Numbered from the whole stretch's first letter, positions 26,986 through 39,340 are shown. The stretch: DNA of 63,400 nt, filler included, from Octopus bimaculoides (GCF_001194135.2; 5 parts of 5 records of this genome joined end to end with filler, not necessarily neighbours in it), one strand, 5' to 3'. Numbers and translations: made by a program. The notes: generated by a model from the letters alone, not told the origin.

Positions 26986-27884
26986 GATCATCATCCTAAT
27001 GTCTCCTTTTCCTTGCTGGTATGTGCTAAGCAGGACTTTTATGTGCAATGCTTCATGGCTAGATGCCTTACCTGATGCCAGCCCATTTAGTTTGACACAC
27101 AGAGTTATGAGCCTATTCTAGAAACCATGGAGCACATGGTATAAGATACAAAAATGGAATTCAAATACACATACACATGTAATACATTTATGTTGTATAT
27201 ACCAATACAAGTAGTATGTAGTGACTGCAGCCACAGTTAAGGATCATACTGTACATGCCATTGATATATTTACATACCTTAGCAGAACTCTATCAAAAAT
27301 TCTCCAAATATCAATGAAATAAAAATCTGAGCTACTAACACCAAAATTGTCTTTACTCTCTAAACAAAGCTGAAATTCTGCTGAGCTTTTGTTGTTCTGG
27401 CAATGACATTGTTTGTCGGTGACAAGTGAACTGTTTTTAGTTCAAGAAGCTGACAAGAAGCTTGATAATTTACTTAAACTACCAATAGAAAATGTTGCAG
27501 CGCATATGTCTTGGGGACTAGGTTCCAGGAACTGAGGTCCTTCATCATGTGGCACTGCCCCACATTCACATATACCTCTATGGATTACAGCTGTACAGGT
27601 CTGGACATATTCCCAGGGTGGCTTGCTTGGATGACTTCCAGAAGGAGAATAGTCAGAGGGTAGCCCCGACTTTACAAGGATACATTGCAGGTCTCCCTAA
27701 AATATTTCAGTATTAGGAGAAGAAGCTGACTTCTGAGGGATCTACTTGCTGCCATCTCATAAGGAAAGGTTGCTATAGTGAGGAAATAGAGAGGGAGCTG
27801 AGAAGGTTCGGACCCTTCAACACATTGGCAAAAATAGACTTGTTATCTCTTACCAAACACATATATGATATAAGTAATGTAAAT

Positions 27885-28228
27885 GGAGGTGCAATGGCCC
27901 AGTGGTTAGGGCAGCGAACTCACGGTCATAGGATCGCGGTTTCGATTCCCAGACTGGGCGTTGTGAGTGTTTATTGAGCGAAAACACCTAAAGTTCCACA
28001 AGGCTCCGGCAGGGGATGGTGGCAAACCCTGCTGTACTCTTCCACCACAACTTTCTCTCGATCTTTCTTCCTGTTTCTGTTGTGCCTGTAATTCAAAGGG
28101 GTCAGCCTTGTCACACACTGTGTCACACTGAATATCCCCGAGAACTACGTTAAGGGTACACGTGTCTGTGGAGTGCTCAGCCACTTGCACGTTAATTTTA
28201 CGAGCATGCTGTTCCGTTGATCGGATCA
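27885..28228 (+). mobile_element. tRNA-derived SINE (family C)
   Basis: Head GGAGGTGCAATGGCCCAGTGGTTAGGGC...GGTTTCGATTCCC; a minus copy lies at 48315-48520. Confidence 0.9.
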
Positions 28229-29076
28229 NNNNNNNNNNNNNNNNNNNNNNNNNNNNNNNNNNNNNNNNNNNNNNNNNNNNNNNNNNNNNNNNNNNNNNNN
28301 NNNNNNNNNNNNNNNNNNNNNNNNNNNNNNNNNNNNNNNNNNNNNNNNNNNNNNNNNNNNNNNNNNNNNNNNNNNNNNNNNNNNNNNNNNNNNNNNNNNN
28401 NNNNNNNNNNNNNNNNNNNNNNNNNNNNNNNNNNNNNNNNNNNNNNNNNNNNNNNNNNNNNNNNNNNNNNNNNNNNNNNNNNNNNNNNNNNNNNNNNNNN
28501 NNNNNNNNNNNNNNNNNNNNNNNNNNNNNNNNNNNNNNNNNNNNNNNNNNNNNNNNNNNNNNNNNNNNNNNNNNNNNNNNNNNNNNNNNNNNNNNNNNNN
28601 NNNNNNNNNNNNNNNNNNNNNNNNNNNNNNNNNNNNNNNNNNNNNNNNNNNNNNNNNNNNNNNNNNNNNNNNNNNNNNNNNNNNNNNNNNNNNNNNNNNN
28701 NNNNNNNNNNNNNNNNNNNNNNNNNNNNNNNNNNNNNNNNNNNNNNNNNNNNNNNNNNNNNNNNNNNNNNNNNNNNNNNNNNNNNNNNNNNNNNNNNNNN
28801 NNNNNNNNNNNNNNNNNNNNNNNNNNNNNNNNNNNNNNNNNNNNNNNNNNNNNNNNNNNNNNNNNNNNNNNNNNNNNNNNNNNNNNNNNNNNNNNNNNNN
28901 NNNNNNNNNNNNNNNNNNNNNNNNNNNNNNNNNNNNNNNNNNNNNNNNNNNNNNNNNNNNNNNNNNNNNNNNNNNNNNNNNNNNNNNNNNNNNNNNNNNN
29001 NNNNNNNNNNNNNNNNNNNNNNNNNNNNNNNNNNNNNNNNNNNNNNNNNNNNNNNNNNNNNNNNNNNNNNNNNNNN

Positions 29077-29150
<74 letters not shown>
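29077..29150. repeat. (GA)n microsatellite at a gap edge
   Basis: Direct reading of the sequence. Confidence 0.98.
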
Positions 29151-29834
29151 GGTGACAGACAGAGTAGTCTGTAAGGCATCCTTGGATAAGATGCAGCTCA
29201 AGATGACCTTGACTTTAACGTTCCACAACTAGTAGAGTTAATCTGGAGTTTTGAAGCAGAGAAATCTTGCTGATTGTTGTCTCTTGTTGGTTGGAGGATT
29301 ATTTCTTCTGTGAATGTTGGAGGCAATCAATCTATAGACTCTGTGACATTCCCAAGAAAATATGACCTTCTAACCATTTGGTATTGGAAAGATTGATGCC
29401 AACCATAAGAGAAACATTACTGTGGCGATCTAGTTTTATGAATACTTATAGTTTTTGTGAAGCTCTCCTCAAATGTTGTGCCATGTTTTTAACCGTGTGA
29501 TGGACAATCTGTTGTCCCTCATTATATAAAGTTGCTTTATTAAGTGTGTCACCAATGGACATAGCAACTCTACTAGGACTTTACTGTAGAGATAAATGTG
29601 AATGCAGGGCAGTACCACATGATTAAGAATCTCAGTTTCTGGGACCTTAATCCTAAAAACATATGTGCTGCAACATTTTGTGTAGTCAGCTCAGGCAAAA
29701 TCTGTCAAGCATCTTGTTAGGGTGGCTAAAAAACAGTCTGTCACTGGCAAACAGGGTAGTTGGCAGAACAACAGCTCAGCAAACTTTCAATTTTGTTTGG
29801 AGGATAAAGACAATGTTGGTGTTTGTAGTTCAGA

Positions 29835-30401
29835 AATCCAAGGAAACCCAGGAAGATATGAAAGACTCAGGAAGACATGGAAGACCCAGGAAGACATGGG
29901 AGACCCAGGAAGACATGGGAGACCCAGGAAGACATGAGAGACTCAGCAAGGTATGGAAGACCCAGAAAGACATGGGAGACCCAAGAAGACATGGGATGAA
30001 GTACTGAAGATGACCTCAGGATACTGAACCTTTCAGACGAGATGCCAAAGGACCAAGATGCCTGGTGCTTTGCCATACTCAAGAAGACCCGTTCTCTACA
30101 GCAGAAGTGTTAAGACTGATCTTCCTGGTGGTGTAAAGGACCACGTAAAAGCGCCCGTGCGGTGTCATGTAAATGCATCTGTGTGGTTCCACATAAAAGT
30201 GCCAGTGCCGTGCCATGCAAAACCAACTGTGCAGTGCCACATAAAAGCACCCAGCACACTCTGTAAAGCGGCTGGTGTTAGAGAGGGCATCCAGCTTTGG
30301 AAACCATGCCAGACCAGACTGGAGTCTGGTCCCCAGCTTGCCAGCTCTGGTCACACTGACCAACCCATGCCAGCATGTACATTAAAGGATGATGATGATG
30401 A
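29835..30401 (+). mobile_element. 5'-truncated RTE insertion with a 9-bp TSD and an internal 19-bp minisatellite
   Basis: TSD TAGTTCAGA (29826-29834) / TAGCTCAAA (30402-30410); the empty site TAGCTCAGA is visible in the homologous copy at 27326-27334 (-). Confidence 0.8.
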
Positions 30402-30746
30402 TAGCTCAAATTTTTATTTCATTGATAGAGTTCTGCCAAAGTATGTAAATATATCAATGGCCTGTACAGTATGATCCTTAACTGCAGCTGCAGTCACTAC
30501 ATACTATTTGTATTGGTGTATACAACATAAATGTATTCTTTATGTATGTGTATTTGAATTCCATTTTTGTATATAATACCATCTGCAGCATGGTTTCTAG
30601 AATAGGTTCATCATAACCCTGTGGGCCACAAGAGACAACTAAAATATTGTAACCAAAATATGTCAGTTTAGACGCTGACATATTTTGGTTACACTATTTT
30701 CACATCTGACATGTTTGTTCATAAATGTCTGTCCCTTTGTTCTTAG

Positions 30747-30761
30747 ACATGACGCTTGATG
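30747..30761 (+). CDS. Candidate 15-nt micro-exon (D-M-T-L-D), phase 1/1
   Basis: Acceptor CTGTCCCTTTGTTCTTAG and donor G|GTAAGG; only the phase-1 frame is open, which fits exon 2248-2350. Confidence 0.4.
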
Positions 30762-30965
30762 GTAAGGATTCTTAGGGAAGAAATGCTACACACATCACCC
30801 ATTTGTTGAACACTTGCTGGCCACCCTTAGTTTATTATAAGTGGGTGGCTGGGTGCCTTTCTGTCAGTGTGAATAACTTTGTGTCAGCATATCATGTAGT
30901 CAAATTAACTACTGTAAAATCATCTATGTAAGAGATCATACACACATTTTATGTATATATATATA

Positions 30966-31065
30966 NNNNNNNNNNNNNNNNNNNNNNNNNNNNNNNNNNN
31001 NNNNNNNNNTTAATTAATTAANNNNNNNNNNNNNNNNNNNNNNNNNNNNNNNNNNNNNNNNNNNN
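30966..31065. other. Artificial scaffolding spacer 44N-TTAATTAATTAA-44N; also at 41511-41610, 56492-56591 and 59246-59345
   Basis: The identical 100-bp structure occurs four times, and the 12-mer has stops in all six frames; not biological sequence. Confidence 0.95.
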
Positions 31066-31130
31066 TATATATATATACATATATATTAATACATACTTTT
31101 AATTGTGATCATTAAATTAATTTTATTCAG

Positions 31131-31160
31131 TTGAATGTGCTATGAATGATATTTCTCTGC
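31131..31160 (+). CDS. Candidate 30-nt micro-exon (V-E-C-A-M-N-D-I-S-L), phase 1/1
   Basis: Acceptor TTAATTTTATTCAG and donor C|GTATGT; only phase 1 is open. Confidence 0.4.
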
Positions 31161-31457
31161 GTATGTTTTTAAGATATGTCATCAAATCAACTTTGAACAT
31201 ATAAATATAACGTAGAAAATGAATATAGACAGATATAATTATGTCAAAATGGCATAGCCAAAAAAAAAACAAACAAAAAAAAACAGAAGACTGCAAATTA
31301 ATGAAGTGAAATTTATTCTAGTAAATGTTATATGTTGAATTCAATTCAACTGCACGAATCCAAAATATGAAGTTCTGACGTAAACATGTGATGCAGTTGT
31401 GAAATCTGAGCTATATTGTCATTAAGATATTAAGTAAAGTACACAAACACAATGCAG

Positions 31458-31487
<30 letters not shown>

Positions 31488-31489
<2 letters not shown>

Positions 31490-31735
31490 AGAATTTAAGG
31501 AATGGAGAAAACGCATGTTATAATTGCATACTTTATTCCTACATATGTTTCAAAGGATTACAACCTGTGTGATCCATAGGGATCTTTGACATTAAAATTG
31601 TAACCTTATCAGGGAGAAGGCTACAATTTTAATATCAAAGACCCTATGGATCACACAGGTTGTAATCCTTTGAAACATATGTAGGAATAAAGTATGCAAT
31701 TATATCATGCGTTTTCTCCATTCCTTAACTTCTTA
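31488..31735. repeat. Near-perfect fold-back element (~115-bp arms, 19-nt spacer) derived from a PLE-type end
   Basis: 31488-31602 is the reverse complement of 31622-31735 with about four differences; it shares TTCCTACATATGTTTCAAA with the PLE 3' end at 54437-54456. Confidence 0.9.
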
Positions 31736-31891
31736 AATATACTCAAATACCCAAAATTTCAAGGAGTTCCTGCCTTAAAAACAGAAACTAAACCACAGTT
31801 ATTTTGTGTTATTTGCTACATTGGTTTCTATTAACCCATTTATTCTATCAGAAGAATTTTTATTCATTAAGATAGAAGAAATACACATAGT

Positions 31892-31922
<31 letters not shown>

Positions 31923-32094
31923 ATTTAGAATGTGGTACTTATGTTTAAGCACATTTAATGTAATGCTCGCATTACTTAAATAAATGGTGCAGCATGAAAC
32001 GTGCGTACTGCAGTAACCTTTAAAATCCTTGTTGCTTTTTTCCGATTTTTGATCACCTTATATGTATGTATATGTATATATATATATACATTAT

Positions 32095-32125
<31 letters not shown>

Positions 32126-33247
32126 AAGACTAAATAGACATGTAGGTAGATACATACATGCATACATACATAAATGGATAGATAGATAGATAAGGAAGCA
32201 GATAAACAAATAAACCCGCTTGGCCTAGATACATAGACATCGAAAATAGAATGAGTGAAGAAACGAAAGAAATTGACATAACGAACGTAATACCTATATC
32301 TATACAGTAACCCATATATACGTATAAACATGCATATATGTATATATGTTAATATAAGTTGTGTTTAGTAACGCTCATAAGTATTTGCGGTTTAATTTCG
32401 GATTTAGTATTATTATAAAGTCTTCTACTTTTGCTGTTCGGATTTTATAATTTTTTTACCATCATTTTGAAAAAGTTTTTCTTTCTACATATATATTCAT
32501 TAATTTCTTTAACGTGCTCGCGAGGTTGTACGTCCAAACCGGTATCCAAAAAGGCAGAAATAGTCGCAAGAAAAATGAGTTTCTCGCGTCCGATTCTTCT
32601 TGAGCGTGTTAAATACGTCTTTATTCAACTCTGCTTTGTGCGACTTTTGCATTTCATAGAGACATACATATAAACTAATATGTATATTCAAAATACATAC
32701 ACACCTACAATGTGTACGCTAACACACACACACGCGCACAAGCACACACACAAACACATACAAACACACACACACACACGCACTTATATAAGTGTGAACT
32801 TGGCTATATGGTAACTTTGTATACACGTGATTTCGGGCTGGCTTCTGTCTCATTGCGTAGCCTCACGTGTATCATCTGCTATAGCTTGAGGCCGACCAAA
32901 GCTTTGTGAGTGAAATTGGTTGACGGAAAGTGCGTAGAAACGTGCTTATATACGTGTACATGTTTTTATACGTTGTGTGTGTAGCGCCTTTGTGTTTTCC
33001 GTCTGCATTACCGCGTGCCAACGGATGCTGCTTTGCTTATATCTCAGTACTCTTGGTTTATTTTTCTAGAAGATACCGATAGACAAAGCGCTAGACTGTG
33101 TACATATGTACTAGGACTAATTTGCTCGAGTAAAACACTTGAAGTCTGTGCCCAGGATCGCAACTCTCCAAATTACTGAACAAGTATAAAGGCATGTAAG
33201 ATCCAAGGATCAATGTGTAGGAAGTTAGTGAGCTCCAAGCAGTGTAC

Positions 33248-33297
<50 letters not shown>

Positions 33298-34790
33298 TAT
33301 ATATATATACGCACATACATAATAGACACACACACAACGTTTACAAAATTTTCGGAAGATAATGGTTGCCAATCAGTTCTTTTTTGCTTTTTATACAATA
33401 AAACGTTTCCTCAAAGTGGCCACCTCTGAGATCGAAATTAAAACTACGTTGCGCGTACTTGTCCATGTATTTCCTTACTACAGGGGCATGCATTTATACA
33501 CCTAATTCTCCCGTGTTTACGAAGATATAAAACAACCGAACCGTTAATTAACTATCGTCTGGTCATTATGCAACAAACATCATGAGTGTTAACCTATGCA
33601 ACAATAAATTTTGATAGATGGTCAATTGTCATCTGACGTCAGAAATTTTCAAAAGATTTTTTAATGCAGCGAAATACTGAAATGATAGATGTGTCGTATA
33701 GTAAAATGATTTCTAATTTATTATTTTGTAGTTTTTATGGAGAGTGTTTATTCTTTGTGTTTCCTTTTATGCTTTCATTCTTTGAGTTGCACTCATAATG
33801 TTATGTTGGTAATATCCACACCAGTAGTTCTTTCAATACGGTAATACCATCAATATCGAACATACACTCACTAGTCTATGTATCTATGTATCTATCTATT
33901 TCTCTATATACCACTGTATCGACCAGACTATAGGACGTTGTTATGCACCGCAGGTCACAAGACGCTTCCATGCATAGTATATACCTATATATATATATAC
34001 TCTTACACACACCATACACAGTAACACACACATATGCACATGTGCATATACATATATGTATGTGTGTACGTTTGACGGATTTCATGCACCGAATACCATA
34101 CATAAAGAAATAGTCTATCTATGGCTGTGGTCGAATGCTGCTTTCTCTATTTACTGTGCAGTGATATTGAATTTGGTATCATGGAATTCGTTGCGAAACA
34201 AATTCCATACGTGCACCACTTGAAAGCTGTCCTGTATATTTCAAATACTGTGGTCATGAATATCGTTTGACTTCTGGTTATAGAAAGCTGCTCGAAGAAA
34301 TTGGAAGTACACCAAAACTTAGAACAATCATTTAATTTGGCATAGAACTGAGATGTTTACTGCACGAAACTGTGAGTAGTCTATTCTAGTGCTTCTAATT
34401 TGTTTTTTTGACTCGAATGTCAAAATAGTAAAATTTAAATTCATGCTCGTATGACAAAAAAATAAAGATGGAAAATTATTTGATCAACTGACTTCAAAAA
34501 GCTTCATGCTTAAAAAAATACGGAATCTCCTGTTTAGCTATGACCTTTTACCATACCCATAAATTTATAACAACTAGCACTGCATCACCGGAGAGTTCTT
34601 TTATCTCTGCAGTTATAAAAGACTTCAGATCTATACAAGTGCTCACCTTTTACAAATAACCATATGTTTCAAGTTCGAGTACTTATATTATTCCCGATTA
34701 TAGAAATCGTAGCCAGGAATGTAAGAGGGAGCTGTCAAATCTCACCCATTCAACAAATCATCTAACGAACCAAGAATGGCTGAATATTGA

Positions 34791-34874
34791 AAAAGGTGGA
34801 ATAATCAGTGCTGAGGTTACTCAACCATAGTTCACTATGGTTGAGTAACCTCAGCACTGATTATTCCACCTTTT
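34791..34874. repeat. Perfect 40-bp inverted repeat with a 4-nt loop
   Basis: AAAAGGTGGAATAATCAGTGCTGAGGTTACTCAACCATAG-TTCA-reverse complement. Confidence 0.95.
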
Positions 34875-35284
34875 GACTTGGGTCAAAACAAAAAAAATAG
34901 CAGGGGCTCTTGTCGAAGATTTACGTCTGGATTAGAACCATGGAGCTAAGAATAACTTATGCTTTGTACATTAAGCCATTTTCTGAAGTCTTTCTACAGA
35001 TTATTTTACGTTACTATATAATCAGAGGGAGTTTGAGTCCAAGTTGGATTCGAAGGAATCGTCTGAAGTTTAACTAGAATATAAGCGATAACAGTAAAAT
35101 GGAAACACAAAGTTTAAATTGAGAATGCCTAAATGAACAAAAACATCAGCTATAAGACCAAATAATTGCTGTCGTCAATCCTATGTTGATACGAGGCACA
35201 TCTTGTCATTGAGAATTTAAAGTTACCTCGTTCCCTACGGAAGAGCGAATCTAATTGAAACAAGTAAAAGAGTAAAGAGTAATA

Positions 35285-36110
35285 GGCACAAGGCCTGAAA
35301 TTTGGGGTGAGGGTGTTAGTCTATTACATCGACCCTAGTGCTTGAATGGAACCTATTTAATCGACCCCGAAAGGATGACAGGCAAATCGACCTCGACGGA
35401 GTTTGAAATCAGAGTGTGAAGACGGGCGAAATATTGCCCGGAAGCTAAGGACTCTGCCAGCTCGCCGCGTTTGTTTTATTATTATCATTATTATTAATAA
35501 TATTAATAAGGCGGCGAACTGGCAGAAACATAAGAACGCCGGGCGAAATGCTTAGTGATATTTCGTCCGTCTTTACGTTCTGAGTTCAAATTCTACCGAG
35601 GTCGCCTTGGCCTTTCCTCCTTTCGGGGTCAATAAACTAAGCTCCAGTTGCGTACGGGGGTCGATCTAACCCCCTCCCCCGAAATTTCAGGCCTTGAGCA
35701 TATAGTAGAAAGAAATGGATTAGAACTGTTAACTGGGAGAAGCACATGCTTAGCAGTATATCTTGTAGTTGGCCCTTTTTTTTACTTCAAATATCGAAAA
35801 AAACAACTTAGCACTTTTATCCTTTTGATGTGGAGCAAATAAGAACTAGTTGAACACTGAAACCGACATCGTCTTTCTGATACAGAAAGAATTAGTATGA
35901 CTATTACTATTGCTATTAGTGGCACTTCGTACGTCTTCGCGTCTCAGTTCAAATCCAGCCAAGGTCGAGTTTACCTTTCATCCATTTCGAAAACGATAAA
36001 ATAAGTACCTGTTGAGCACTGAAAGGTCAATGTAATCGACTTACCTACCTCTCAGATAATGCCAGCATTGAACCAAAATTTGAAATCATCATCATCATCA
36101 CCATCACCAA

Positions 36111-36168
<58 letters not shown>

Positions 36169-36310
36169 TCGCGTTCTAAGTTCAAATTCCACCGAAGTCG
36201 ACTTGCCTTTCATCATTTGGAGGTGGATAAATTAAGTACCTGTCAATTACTGGGATCGATGCGATCCACTATTCCCCTCCCCGCAAATTTCACACCTTGT
36301 GCTTTTAGTA
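35285..36310. mobile_element. Cluster of family-B SINEs (35285-35470 -, 35508-35712 +, 35925-36085 +, 36165-36310 +)
   Basis: AAGGCGGCGAACTGGCAGAAAC...GAGTTCAAATTC...GTCGAT motifs with CpGs largely intact. Confidence 0.9.
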
Positions 36311-36318
36311 GAAAGAAT

Positions 36319-36319
36319 T

Positions 36320-36350
<31 letters not shown>

Positions 36351-36369
36351 CCATCGTTATTCTTGTTGT

Positions 36370-36402
<33 letters not shown>

Positions 36403-36419
36403 GATTATTATTATTATTA

Positions 36420-36450
<31 letters not shown>

Positions 36451-36518
36451 CATTATTATTGGTGGTGGTGGTGGTGGCGGTGTTATTATTATTATTATTA
36501 TTGGTGGTGGTGGTGGTG

Positions 36519-36567
<49 letters not shown>

Positions 36568-36708
36568 GATTATTGTTATTATTATCATTATTATTATTAT
36601 TATCATTATTATTGGTGGTGGTGGTGGTGGTGGTGTTATTATTATTATTATCATTATTATGATTATTGGTGGTGGTGGTGGTGGTGGTGTTATTATTATT
36701 ATATATAT

Positions 36709-36754
<46 letters not shown>

Positions 36755-36790
36755 ATTATTACTATGATTATTATCATTATTATTATCAGT
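36319..36790. repeat. Compound (CAT)n/(ATT)n/(GGT)n trinucleotide array
   Basis: Direct reading; explains the polyY/polyI/polyG ORFs. Confidence 0.97.
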
Positions 36791-37540
36791 AGTTGTAGTA
36801 AAAGTAATAGCAGCATCAGCAGCCGCAGTAGCAGTGATGGTAGAAGTAGTAGCAGTAGTGTGGAGTGAAAATCAGCTGCCGAAGCACCACAATATATAAT
36901 TTATATTCGAGTTAGTGTAGCAGACAAGAGAACCGAGAATTTAATTGCAGTGTTAGAGCAATCGATAATTAGTTGAAGTGTCTCTTTGAATTGCAGGTGG
37001 TACAGATATGTAGTCATGTGTGTGTGTGTGTGTGTGCGTGTGTGTACACGGGCGTAGGTGTGTCTGAGTAATAGTGTGTAGTTTTCAAGCGGGTACGTGT
37101 GAGTTTGTGTGTGTGTTTGTGTGTGTTTTTTTTGTGTTTGTTGGGGGGTATGTGACATTTCTTATCGACACACGAAACGCACAGAGTCGCCGAGTAATAG
37201 ATAGAAACACTTGAACAGAAACACATAAACACACACATGTACTCGCATCCAACAATCTGCCGCGATCGATCTGACTAATTAAGAGATTCGCTATCGTAAG
37301 AACATTAATGAAGTGAACAAAAAAGGGCGAGGTGTTGAAGTAGCGGCGGGGAATATATTTCTTGTCAATTGAATCTGACAAGATTTGCTTTTCACATAAC
37401 GAGGTGTCAAGGAGTATATGCATAGCTTTTTCCTACAGTCCTTTACAGCACCTTATCCAAATTAATTTGTCAGCACGCACAACCATATACACGTGTACGT
37501 GCAAACATGCATATTCTCATATTCACTCATGTATGTATCT

Positions 37541-37622
<82 letters not shown>

Positions 37623-38331
37623 CATATATACATATATATATATATGTATTTGTATATTTATATATATATATTTATATGTATTATGTATGTATATATCTAT
37701 ATATATATAAATATATATATATTANNNNNNNNNNNNNNNNNNNNNNNNNNNNNNNNNNNNNNNNNNNNNNNNNNNNNNNNNNNNNNNNNNNNNNNNNNNN
37801 NNNNNNNNNNNNNNNNNNNNNNNNNNNNNNNNNNNNNNNNNNNNNNNNNNNNNNNNNNNNNNNNNNNNNNNNNNNNNNNNNNNNNNNNNNNNNNNNNNNN
37901 NNNNNNNNNNNNNNNNNNNNNNNNNNNNNNNNNNNNNNNNNNNNNNNNNNNNNNNNNNNNNNNNNNNNNNNNNNNNNNNNNNNNNNNNNNNNNNNNNNNN
38001 NNNNNNNNNNNNNNNNNNNNNNNNNNNNNNNNNNNNNNNNNNNNNNNNNNNNNNNNNNNNNNNNNNNNNNNNNNNNNNNNNNNNNNNNNNNNNNNNNNNN
38101 NNNNNNNNNNNNNNNNNNNNNNNNNNNNNNNNNNNNNNNNNNAAAAATAATAATGGAATATAATTATGGAGAAACGTGTTGGTGAGATTAAATTATTTTT
38201 TTTCCTCTGTTTTTCAATCGAATTTATGCAGCAGATCATGTTAGAGAGTGAGGGTGCATGTATGATGATTATTTCTGGGAATTTTTCAAAATACGAAACT
38301 TGTTTATATTTGAGTTATTCCATCATCATCC

Positions 38332-38392
<61 letters not shown>

Positions 38393-38699
38393 TCTTCATA
38401 TTATTATTATTATTATTCTTATTCTTATTATCACTGTCCACGGTGTGCACGAATGTTTTACATTCAGAATCCTTGTCCTTGGTATCCAGTTACAGCCAGT
38501 TTCCTTTCGGCTGTCTCGGTAACCGAGATCATCGACACAAACTTAAAGGAGACGAAGCGACGATAGGAGCAATGATGATCCCGTAAACATCGATGGCCCT
38601 GCAGCTGAGCATATGCAGAGGTTGGTTCATGTCGTTCGATGCCGTCGTTCGGCCCTTGACGAAAGGAAAGGTTAAATTGCTCGGGGTCCAGAATTCAAC

Positions 38700-39340
38700 T
38701 CTCGTAGTCACACCAGCCCCAATAAGAAAACTTCCAAGTCTGTTGGTGTCGGTACTTAAAGCAACTGAAACTACTGGGATTACTTTTGTAGAAACCCTGC
38801 ACCATTTTCGTATTGTTTTAGCCAAATCCTGATATTTTCCTGTTTCCTCCTGTCTTTGATTGTTACATATACGTCTACAGATATAGCTACATCTATGGTT
38901 ATTCACTCTTTCTCCTCCTCGTCCAGAAACATAATATCTAGTCAACTTGATTGTGGTTCTTGATTAGTCTGTATATTAAAACTCCCATAAGACCTTATAC
39001 TGTTGGTCTTCTATTACACCTGGTTGATGTTGGTAACATTTTCTGCCTTCTATAAATCATCTTTACCGTTCTATGTCCTTGTATAGTACTTTGGTCACAT
39101 AAATGTGTCTGCGTCTACATTTCTTCTGTGTCAAGGGATAACAGGAATCTATTATGTGAGTAAAGACCGCAAATACTTGGAGGCTATCCTTGTGGCGGCC
39201 AGATTCTGTCACGTTTTCAGAGGCTGGATCGCTGAGCATTGGTGAAATTCAGATGAATCGTATTACCGTTGCACATGTGTCAGCCTTCAAGCCTTTGCAA
39301 AGGAACTTGGATATTTGAAGGGATAACGCAGCCCGTATAA
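38700..39340 (-). mobile_element. R4/Dong-like non-LTR retrotransposon, C-terminal RLE region, decayed
   Basis: QEETGKYQDLAKTIRKWCRVSTKVIPVVSVALST matches the KYQDL...W....VIPVVIGALG signature of restriction-like endonuclease elements. Confidence 0.75.

Noticed and set aside
31010-31021. TTAATTAATTAA as a homeobox site or piggyBac target
   Set aside because: It is always centred between 44-N runs and is an assembly spacer
30429-31160. Joined peptide EFCQNMTLDVECAMND as the start of a SUEL/galactose-lectin-like domain
   Set aside because: It depends on an unverified 12-nt exon and only a few residues match; an HMM search would be needed
33732-33843. Signal-peptide-like ORF MESVYSLCFLLCFHSLSCTH
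   Set aside because: Hydrophobicity is expected from T-rich DNA, and it does not splice into a long frame
36217-36868. 190-aa polyY/polyW/polyI/polyG ORFs resembling keratin-associated or reflectin-like proteins
   Set aside because: This is a pure (ATT)/(GGT)/(CAT) array open on both strands, with no reflectin motif and no splice context
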